DNA of 64,000 nucleotides from Oscillospiraceae bacterium (GTDB taxonomy: Bacteria; Bacillota; Clostridia; Oscillospirales; Oscillospiraceae): positions 2,636 to 66,635 of the forward strand of contig JAAWEH010000028.1 of the NCBI GenBank assembly GCA_022794215.1, given 5' to 3'. Position numbers and translations under genes: made by a program. The notes under the pieces are model-generated. The model had not been told where the DNA came from. It did no database searches and saw nothing but the letters and a program-made list of their open reading frames with translations. Below are positions 56,801 through 64,000 of the stretch, in pieces. Every line of letters begins with the position of its first letter. Within the stretch, counting starts at the first letter, position 1.

Positions 56801-57802
56801 TTACTGAGGCAGGAAACCCACCTTTTTATAGACCTTGCGAAGGGTCTTGTTGGCCACATAGGCGGCCTTTTCCGCACCGGCGCGGTAGACCCCCTCCAGG
56901 TAGGCCTTGTCGCTGAGCAGCCGCTCGGTCTCCTCCCGGATGGGGCGCAGGGTCTCCACCACCGCCTCCCCCACGGCCGGCTTAAAGGCTCCGTAGCCCT
57001 TGCCGTCGAACTCCCGCTCGATCTCCTCGTAGCTCTTGCCGGTGGCGGAGGAATAGATCTGCATCAGGTTGGCCACTCCGGGCTTTTCCTCGGGGGCATA
57101 GCGGACACAGCGCTCGGCGTCGGAGTCGGTGACCGCCCGCTTGAACTTGCGCATGATATCCTCGGGCTTATCCATGAGGAACACACAGCCATCAGGCTGG
57201 GATTTGCTCATTTTCTTTTCGGGGGTGGAAAGGCTCATGATCCGGGCGCCGACCTTGGCAATATAGGGCTCGGGGATCTTGAACACGTCCCCGTAGACGC
57301 CGTTAAACCGATTGGCAATGTCCCGGCAGATCTCCACGTGCTGGCGCTGATCCTCCCCCACGGGAACAAAGTCGGGCTGGTAAATGAGGATATCGGCGGC
57401 CATGAGCACCGGGTAGGTGAAAAGGCCGGCGTTGATGTTGTCGGCGTTCCGGGCGGACTTGTCCTTGAACTGGGTCATGCGGGAAAGCTCCCCAAACATG
57501 GTGTAGCAGTCCAGCACCCAGGCAAGCTGAGAGTGGGAGGGGACATGAGACTGAATAAAAAGGGTGCACTTCTCCGGATCCAGGCCGCAGGCAATATAGC
57601 TGGCCAGCAGGGTCAATACCCGGCGGCGCAGCTCGGCCGGCTCCTGCCGAACGGTAATGGTGTGCAGGTCGGCCAGGAAAAAGTAGCAGTCAAACTCCTC
57701 GATCATCTCCGGCCAATGGCGAAGGGGGCCCAAATAATTGCCGATGTGCAGTTCCCCGCTGGGCTGTATCCCTGACAGCATCACTTTTTTTTCGTTTTCC
57801 AT
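56801..57802 (-). CDS. trpS: Tryptophanyl-tRNA synthetase
   Basis: SGIQPSG.LHIGNY, YPVLMAADIL, VGEDQ, KMSKS; true start MENEKK (the track ORF is over-extended by the antisense shadow of gltX). Confidence 0.96.
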   Translation of the reverse strand: MENEKKVMLSGIQPSGELHIGNYLGPLRHWPEMIEEFDCYFFLADLHTITVRQEPAELRRRVLTLLASYIACGLDPEKCTLFIQSHVPSHSQLAWVLDCYTMFGELSRMTQFKDKSARNADNINAGLFTYPVLMAADILIYQPDFVPVGEDQRQHVEICRDIANRFNGVYGDVFKIPEPYIAKVGARIMSLSTPEKKMSKSQPDGCVFLMDKPEDIMRKFKRAVTDSDAERCVRYAPEEKPGVANLMQIYSSATGKSYEEIEREFDGKGYGAFKPAVGEAVVETLRPIREETERLLSDKAYLEGVYRAGAEKAAYVANKTLRKVYKKVGFLPQ

Positions 57803-57934
57803 ATATCGTTCTCCCCTTATAAAAGGTATATTGACCCATGTTGAAATATCATACCACATTTCCCGGCGCTTGACAAGTTCTTCCCAGGCCGATAAAATAA
57901 GGGCAAGCAGCCATTTTACAGGGAGGAATTTTTC

Positions 57935-59416
57935 ATGGATATGACATGGTTCAACGATATGGAAGCCCGCATTCCCACCGGGGAAATCCGTACCCGGTTC
58001 GCCCCTTCCCCCACGGGGTATATGCACGTTGGAAATCTCCGCACTGCCCTCTACACCTGGCTCATCGCCCGGCACGGCGGAGGAAAGTTTATCCTGCGCA
58101 TTGAGGACACCGACCAGGGCCGACTGGTGGAGGGCGCCACCGAGGTGATCTACAAGACCCTGAAGGAGTGCGGCCTTGACTGGGACGAGGGCCCCGACGT
58201 GGGCGGCCCGGTGGGGCCCTACATCCAGACCCAGCGGAGAGACCTGTATGCCAAGTATGCCCAGCTCTTGGTGGAAAAGGGCCACGCCTACTACTGTTTC
58301 TGCGAGAAGGCGGAGTCTGCCGAGGATTCCGGAACCTTTGAGAAGGCCGACGACCCCTGCCGGGATCTCTCTCTGGCCGAGGCCAAGGCCCGGGTGGAGG
58401 CCGGGGAGCCCTATGTCATCCGGCAGCGGATCCCCAAGGGGGGGCAGACCACCTTCCACGACGCCATTTTCGGCTCCATCACCGTGGACAACGACACCCT
58501 GGACGACCAGGTACTTCTGAAGCGGGACGGCCTGCCCACCTACAACTTTGCCAATGTCGTCGACGACCATCTCATGGGCATTACCCATGTGGTACGGGGC
58601 AGCGAGTATCTCTCCTCCGCCCCCAAGTATAACCTGCTGTACGAGGGCTTTGGATGGGCTGTGCCCGAGTATATCCACTGCTCCCCCGTCATGCGGGACG
58701 CCCACAACAAGATGTCCAAGCGCCACGGGGATCCCTCCTACGAAGATCTGAAGGAGCAGGGTTACCTCACCGGGGCCATTCTCAACTACGTGACGCTGCT
58801 GGGCTGGGCGCCCAAGGGGGAGAACTCGGAGCGGGAGTTCTTCACCCTGCCCGAGTTGGCAGAGGTCTTTGAGCTGGCGGGAGTTTCCAAGTCTCCGGCC
58901 ATCTTTGACCGGGAGAAGCTGAACTACTTTAACGCCCACTACCTCCGGGAGATGAGCGCCGAGGATTTCTGCGCCGTGGCCGAGCCCTATCTGAAACAGG
59001 CCATCCACGCCCCCCAGGTGGATCTGAAGCTGGTGGCTCCTTTGGTTCAGGGCCGGTGTGACACCCTGCTGGACATCGCTCCCCAGGTGGACTTTTTTGA
59101 CGCGCTGCCGGAGTACTCCAATGAACTTTACTGTCACAAGAAGATGAAAACCGACCAGGCCAATTCCCTGGAGGCACTGAAGGTGACGCTGCCAGTGCTG
59201 GAAGGGCTGACCGAGTGGAGCTACGACGCCATCCACGACGCGCTGGTGGGTCTGGCCGAGAAGCTGGAGCTGAAGAACGGGCGCATCATGTGGCCCGTGC
59301 GCACCGCTCTCTCGGGCAAGCCGGTGACCCCCGGCGGGGCGGTGGAGCTGTGCCACATTCTGGGCAAGGAGGAGACCCTTGAGCGGATGCAGAAGGGAAT
59401 CGAGCAGCTCTCCTGA
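57935..59416 (+). CDS. gltX: Glutamyl-tRNA synthetase
   Basis: RTRFAPSPTG.MHVGN, LRIEDTD, PTYNFANVVDD, KMSKR. Confidence 0.97.
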   Translation: MDMTWFNDMEARIPTGEIRTRFAPSPTGYMHVGNLRTALYTWLIARHGGGKFILRIEDTDQGRLVEGATEVIYKTLKECGLDWDEGPDVGGPVGPYIQTQRRDLYAKYAQLLVEKGHAYYCFCEKAESAEDSGTFEKADDPCRDLSLAEAKARVEAGEPYVIRQRIPKGGQTTFHDAIFGSITVDNDTLDDQVLLKRDGLPTYNFANVVDDHLMGITHVVRGSEYLSSAPKYNLLYEGFGWAVPEYIHCSPVMRDAHNKMSKRHGDPSYEDLKEQGYLTGAILNYVTLLGWAPKGENSEREFFTLPELAEVFELAGVSKSPAIFDREKLNYFNAHYLREMSAEDFCAVAEPYLKQAIHAPQVDLKLVAPLVQGRCDTLLDIAPQVDFFDALPEYSNELYCHKKMKTDQANSLEALKVTLPVLEGLTEWSYDAIHDALVGLAEKLELKNGRIMWPVRTALSGKPVTPGGAVELCHILGKEETLERMQKGIEQLS

Positions 59417-59432
59417 GCCCACAACAAAATCG

Positions 59433-59471
59433 AAAAAGCGCCGCCCAGGGGTTCCCGGGTGGCGCTTTTTT
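59433..59471. terminator. Bidirectional terminator
   Basis: AAAAAGCGCCGCCC..GGGTGGCGCTTTTT. Confidence 0.75.
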
Positions 59472-59483
59472 GCCCTTTGGCGA

Positions 59484-60320
59484 TTACTTCAGTTCTTTTT
59501 TGCGGAACAGGAATATGCCCAGCAGGGTGGTCACTGCCGTTACCGCCGCTGAAGATCCTATGTTCAATAGAGGACGGGATACCGCCATCTCAGTGAGCAG
59601 AACCGCCTGACCGGTGGGCAGGACGTTCAGAAGCAGGGTATATGCCTGGCGCAGAGCGCCGCCTACGTAACGGGGGTTGGGGGTGGGTTCGCCCCACTGC
59701 ATCCCCTGGGCCGTCATGATGAGCCCGGTCTCCAGTTCGGGCTCCTGAAGGCGGGAGTGGAGCCAGGTGGAGAGCAAAATCAGGAACAAAACCAGGAGGA
59801 TCGTGCTCACCGCGGCGGCGGATTTTTTCTCCGTCAGCATCCCCACCACCGTAAGGATGGAGGCCAGGGAGAGGGCGGAGGATATGGCCACCAGGAGGAA
59901 AAGGGCCGTCTGACCGCCTCCCATCTGCCAGAGATCCCGGTTGGGAAGGGCCAGCGCTCCGCCGCCCACCAGCCAGGCCGCTGTGAAGCAGAGGGCCGCC
60001 GTCATGGTCAGGCACAAAGCTGCCAGATACACCTTTTCCCGGCTGTGGCCCACCATCAGGCGGTTGCGCAGCGCCCCCTCACTGTGGTCGGTTCCCAAAA
60101 ACAAGCCCGTAAACACCCCCATGCACAGCTCCACCGCCAGAGACAGCCGGAAGCAAAACTGCTCCAGATTGGCAGAATAACCCTCCTTCACAAGGGCCCG
60201 ACACTGCCCGCTACCAGTGTACATCATGGCGACAGCCACGCACAGAAGCGCAAGCAGGCAGACCCAAAATACCTTGTCTCGTTTCAGCCGATAACGGTCG
60301 GCCTTCATCAGCTCACGCAT
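59484..60320 (-). CDS. ABC-2 type exporter permease
   Basis: Six TM segments, D..EG.LRN.L..G.SR, ends FRKKELK. Confidence 0.85.
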   Translation of the reverse strand: MRELMKADRYRLKRDKVFWVCLLALLCVAVAMMYTGSGQCRALVKEGYSANLEQFCFRLSLAVELCMGVFTGLFLGTDHSEGALRNRLMVGHSREKVYLAALCLTMTAALCFTAAWLVGGGALALPNRDLWQMGGGQTALFLLVAISSALSLASILTVVGMLTEKKSAAAVSTILLVLFLILLSTWLHSRLQEPELETGLIMTAQGMQWGEPTPNPRYVGGALRQAYTLLLNVLPTGQAVLLTEMAVSRPLLNIGSSAAVTAVTTLLGIFLFRKKELK

Positions 60321-61032
60321 CCCAATTCCCTCCTATCAGCTTCATATAGTGTTGCTCCAGGCTCTCGTCAACACAGGCTGCCGCCACCTCTTCCACCATG
60401 CGGCCACTGTCAATGAAGCCGTAGTGGGTGGCCAGACGGGAGAGCTCGTCCAGAATGTGGCTGGAGATGAGGATAGTGACCCCCTTTTCCCGGTTCAGCT
60501 TCAAAAGAAGTTTCCGCATCTCGATGATGCCCTGGGGATCCAGGCCGTTTACCGGCTCGTCCAGGATCAGCAGCTCCGGCTCCCCCGCCAGAGCTACGGC
60601 GATGCCCAGCCGCTGACGCATTCCCAGGGAGAAGTTTTTCACCTTTTTCTTCCCCGTATTGCCCAGACCCACCCACTCTAAAAGGACAGGAATGGTGTCA
60701 AAGTCCTTGCGGCCCAATACCTGGTACTGGATATGCAGGGTCTCCTGCCCTGTAAGCTCCTGGTAGACGGCCGGGCCCTCCACCACCGCCCCCACCCGGC
60801 GGCGCACCCGGGTCACGGCTCGATCCCGGCTATCCACGCCAAAGAGGGCGTATTCCCCGGCGGTGGGCTCCTGCAGGGCGCAGAGGATGCGGATGAGGGT
60901 GGTCTTTCCCGCTCCGTTTTTCCCCACCAGGCCGTAGATGGCTCCCCGGGGTACATGGATGGACAGGCCGTCCAAAGCCCGGAAGCCTTTATATTCTTTG
61001 ACCAGGCCCTCCGCACTCAGTACATATCCCAT
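60313..61032 (-). CDS. ABC exporter ATPase (BcrA/lantibiotic-immunity-like)
   Basis: GKNGAGKT, FSLGMRQR, LDEPVNGLD, SSHIL. Confidence 0.92.
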   Translation of the reverse strand: MGYVLSAEGLVKEYKGFRALDGLSIHVPRGAIYGLVGKNGAGKTTLIRILCALQEPTAGEYALFGVDSRDRAVTRVRRRVGAVVEGPAVYQELTGQETLHIQYQVLGRKDFDTIPVLLEWVGLGNTGKKKVKNFSLGMRQRLGIAVALAGEPELLILDEPVNGLDPQGIIEMRKLLLKLNREKGVTILISSHILDELSRLATHYGFIDSGRMVEEVAAACVDESLEQHYMKLIGGNWDA

Positions 61033-61163
61033 AAGCTCTCCTCCTTTTCTTGGAAAGCAGAATAGCAGAAAAATCCGTAAAATCAATTATAAAAATCTTA
61101 CATTTCTCAAAATTTTTCCAGCAAAAAGCGGACGGCTTTCGCCGTCCGCTTTTTATGCTTTAT

Positions 61164-61718
61164 TCAGGCCGCATCTACCAGACTGCCCACTGCGCCCCGG
61201 TGGATAGGACGCAGGTTTTGAAGTGCGCAGAAATCCATGGGCCGGGTCACGGCGGGGGCCTTATCCAGCTCCACCGCTCCGCTTTCACAGAGAACCTCCG
61301 CCACAAACTCAGAACAGAACTTGTGGTGCCGCCGCTCAAAGCGCAGATGGAACAGGCAGGCCAGAGTCCCCAGAAGATTGTAGCGATACCGCTCCCGGTG
61401 CTCGTACATTACCTGGATGCGACGGCAGATAAACTGGTATGTATCCTCCGAAACGGCAAGCGCGTAGAGACAGCAGGGGATGTGGGGATGGAGGGAGAAA
61501 AAGCCCCTGTCCGCGTGCTCCTGGATCAGTCCCGCCGGCAGCGCCATGCGGGGATTTTTCCGGGCAAAGCTGTAAAAAGGGCCTTTGGGCCCTTCCAGAC
61601 CGATGGAGGCATGGGTATACTCACCACTGGTAAAGTGGTGGATCAGCCGGGAGAAATAAGTCTCCGAGCGAGTGAGTAATAGATATATGGTTCTGCTTCC
61701 CTGTTCCTGGGTTGTCAT
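61164..61718 (-). CDS. Permuted NlpC/P60 (YiiX/YebB-like) papain-fold protein
   Basis: His before Cys: YTHASI ... YRYN ... FCSEFVA. Confidence 0.7.
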   Translation of the reverse strand: MTTQEQGSRTIYLLLTRSETYFSRLIHHFTSGEYTHASIGLEGPKGPFYSFARKNPRMALPAGLIQEHADRGFFSLHPHIPCCLYALAVSEDTYQFICRRIQVMYEHRERYRYNLLGTLACLFHLRFERRHHKFCSEFVAEVLCESGAVELDKAPAVTRPMDFCALQNLRPIHRGAVGSLVDAA

Positions 61719-61920
61719 AGGGAGCCCTCCTTTGGTTGCTTGGAACAGTATAGCATAGAATATTGGTTTTGTCCTGAAGAAAGTATTAAGTTTTTAAGAA
61801 GAAACCCTTTTTTGTGAACACACAGCATAAACAAAATGTTTGGAGGTTTTTACCCTTTGACAGGGAGATATATAATTATCATTAAATATCAGAAGATTTT
61901 ATGTTTAGGAGGACGCCGCC

Positions 61921-62514
61921 ATGAAGAAAAGGCCACTGGCACTTGGATTATCCCTCGCCCTTTGCGCTTCCCTTATTCCCTCCGCCCTGGCCGCGGAAAT
62001 ATCTTTTCATGATGTGCCCGCCGGGAGTTGGTTTGAAAAGGGGGGCGTCACCTGCGCCGAAAGGGGCGTGATGGTGGGAACCGGCGATAAGGACATTGAG
62101 CGGGACTATGAGCTCCACCTGATCCGCCGGGATGGAGCGCCCGTCAATCAACGGCTGCTTTTGCCCAGCACTGTTGTTTGGGGCGGATACTACAATCCCA
62201 CTGACAGAGCTCCCGATTCTATGGGGTTCAGCGAGGATGGGAAAACCTTCACCTATGTCTACGCCTTTGACACCGTTTTGATGGACGGAGAGGAGATGCT
62301 CCACGACGCCGGGGTCTACCGCTATACGGTGGATATGGCTACGGGGGAGTTGAGCGTTACATACACCGCGAATGAAATGAATATGGAGGGCCGTCCGGCG
62401 AAAGGGTTTCGCCGGACGGCCCTTTTTCTTTTGGAGCGATGTTTTTGGCCTTCCGGCCGGGGCCACAGCCCAGCCGTTGGCGGCAGGCTGTCTCTTGGCA
62501 GCTATGCCGCTTAG
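61921..62514 (+). pseudogene. Internally deleted S-layer-homology surface protein remnant
   Basis: Signal peptide plus half an SLH motif (FHDVPAGSWF...GVMVGTG) joined abruptly to another domain; the frame reads through a terminator at 62388-62427. Confidence 0.55.
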
Positions 62515-62672
62515 AGACAGCTCGTACCCTGTGGGTGCTTTGCCGCCCTACGGATGGGGCGTACTCCTTGCGAGGAAAACCCCTTGAAAGCGGCGGCGCC
62601 GCCTGGGGCAAGGGCAGTCAAAAGACTGTGCGGCAAGCCGGGTAGGAAGGAGGCGGCGTGGTTTCAACAGGC
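62445..62672. other. Highly structured non-coding element (ncRNA or MITE-like repeat)
   Basis: Nested stems: CCGT.GGCGGCAG/TTGCCGCC..ACGG, GCTGTCTCT/AGAGACAGC, TTGAAA..CGCCGCCT/AGGCGGCG..TTTCAA, CAGTC/GACTG. Confidence 0.5.
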
Positions 62673-62835
62673 TTCCTCTCTGTGTTCCGCAGACGGATTG
62701 CGGGGCGGAGATTGCCGGCAATTATCAGCCACGGTGGCCTAACGGCATTCCCCGGACAGTGCATTTTGCTTTCTTAACGTTATCAGAGAGGTCTCCCAGC
62801 AAGATTCCCTTTAAAAAGCTCCTTTTCTGTATATC

Positions 62836-62864
62836 TTGCATTTCCTTTCCCTATCCGTTATAAT
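62836..62864 (+). promoter_or_regulatory. Sigma-A promoter of leuS
   Basis: TTGCAT-N17-TATAAT. Confidence 0.75.
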
Positions 62865-62915
62865 GTATGAGATATTTTTCCGCAGCGCATAAATTCACAT
62901 GGAAAGCGTGATAGC

Positions 62916-64000
62916 ATGAAATACGATTTCGGCTCCATCGAGCCCAAATGGCAAAAAATCTGGAAGGAAAAGAAGTCCTTCGCCGCCCGGGACTTTGGCG
63001 ACAAGCCCAAGTTCTACGGCCTCGTCGAGTTCCCCTACCCCTCCGGCCAGGGGCTTCACGTGGGCCACGCCCGGCCCTATACCGCCATGGACGTGGTGGC
63101 CCGGAAGAAGCGGATGGACGGGTATAACGTCCTCTTCCCCATCGGCTACGACGCCTTCGGCCTTCCCACCGAGAACTACGCCATCAAAAACCACATCCAC
63201 CCCGCCAAGGTGACCCACGACAACATCCAGAACTTCCGTTCCCAGCTTCAGATGCTGGGCTACTCCTTCGACTACGACCGGGAGGTCAACACCACCGATC
63301 CGGAGTACTACAAGTGGACCCAGTGGATCTTCCTTCAGCTTTTCAAAAAGGGCCTGGCCTACAAGACCACCATGCCGGTAAACTGGTGCACCTCCTGCAA
63401 GTGCGTCCTGGCCAACGAGGAAGTGGTCGACGGCGTGTGTGAGCGCTGCGGCTCCCCCGTCATCCGCAAGGAGAAGAGCCAGTGGATGCTGAAGATCACC
63501 GAGTATGCCCCGCGGCTCATTGACGACCTGGACGGCCTGGATTTTATTGAGCGGGTCAAAATTCAGCAGAAAAACTGGATCGGCCGCAGCACCGGTGCGG
63601 AGGTCACCTTCAAGGCCACCACCGGGGACGACATCGTGGTCTTTACCACCCGGCCCGACACCCTCTTCGGCGCGACCTATATGGTCATTTCCCCGGAGCA
63701 CCGCTTTGTGAAGGAGTGGAAGGACCGTCTGTCCAACTGGGACGAGGTGGCCGCCTATGTGGAGGAGGCGGGCAAAAAGTCCGACTTCGAGCGCACCGAG
63801 CTGGCCGCCGACAAGGAGAAGACCGGCGTGATGCTCCAGGGTGTGAGGGCGGTCAACCCTGTCAACGGCCGGGAGATCCCCATCTTCATCTCCGATTACG
63901 TGCTGGCCACCTACGGCACCGGGGCCATCATGGCCGTCCCCGCCCACGACACCCGCGACTGGGCCTTTGCCAAGAAGTTCGGCTGTGAGATCATCGAGGT
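62916..64000 (+). CDS. leuS: Leucyl-tRNA synthetase, 5' part
   Basis: [75 protein letters not shown]. Confidence 0.97.
   Translation, partial: MKYDFGSIEPKWQKIWKEKKSFAARDFGDKPKFYGLVEFPYPSGQGLHVGHARPYTAMDVVARKKRMDGYNVLFPIGYDAFGLPTENYAIKNHIHPAKVTHDNIQNFRSQLQMLGYSFDYDREVNTTDPEYYKWTQWIFLQLFKKGLAYKTTMPVNWCTSCKCVLANEEVVDGVCERCGSPVIRKEKSQWMLKITEYAPRLIDDLDGLDFIERVKIQQKNWIGRSTGAEVTFKATTGDDIVVFTTRPDTLFGATYMVISPEHRFVKEWKDRLSNWDEVAAYVEEAGKKSDFERTELAADKEKTGVMLQGVRAVNPVNGREIPIFISDYVLATYGTGAIMAVPAHDTRDWAFAKKFGCEIIE

Noticed and set aside
62445-62915. T-box upstream of leuS
   Set aside because: No GGTGGNACCGCG T-box motif or terminator between the proximal promoter and the ATG.
245-63947. Many long antisense ORFs (e.g. 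3675-5366, 11923-13515, 25020-26957, 38263-40227, 45258-47108, 62895-63947, and the 5' extension of trpS to 59422)
   Set aside because: They are shadows of real genes on the opposite strand caused by high GC3 codon bias; no motifs or SD sites.
1-64000. CRISPR array, prophage, transposase or rRNA
   Set aside because: No regularly spaced repeats, phage or transposase motifs, or rRNA sequence seen.

Overview
GC-rich Firmicute chromosome segment, most consistent with a gut Clostridia/Oscillospiraceae-type organism (inferred from gene content and the long Bacillus/Clostridium-type SRP RNA). Mostly core genes: a purine operon (purE-purC-purF-purM-purN, ZTP riboswitch, purO-like, purH-like), dgt-dnaG-rpoD, hflX, rpmE, addAB, deoC, SRP RNA-dnaX-ebfC, tRNA-Ala(CGC), mtnA, wecB/tagO, trpS, gltX and partial leuS. 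Accessory parts: a complete type I R-M locus next to the tRNA, an esterase/GNAT/ATP-grasp cluster, an AraC plus flavinylated lipoprotein reductase, and a MoxR-DUF58-transglutaminase operon. The best novelty candidates are in the purine operon: (i) a leader matching no riboswitch I recognise, with a Shine-Dalgarno-led 33-codon uORF, a hairpin followed by a G7 run, and a stop codon 2 nt before an intrinsic terminator, which suggests GTP-sensing pyrBI-like attenuation; (ii) a 48-aa membrane microprotein missing from the ORF track, carrying the OadB GGADGPT motif and coupled to purF; (iii) a PurF without the glutaminase Cys1. Also notable are a 15-aa insertion in RpoD region 3 and a highly structured ~230-nt non-coding element upstream of leuS. 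All calls come from reading the sequence by eye; no searches were run.
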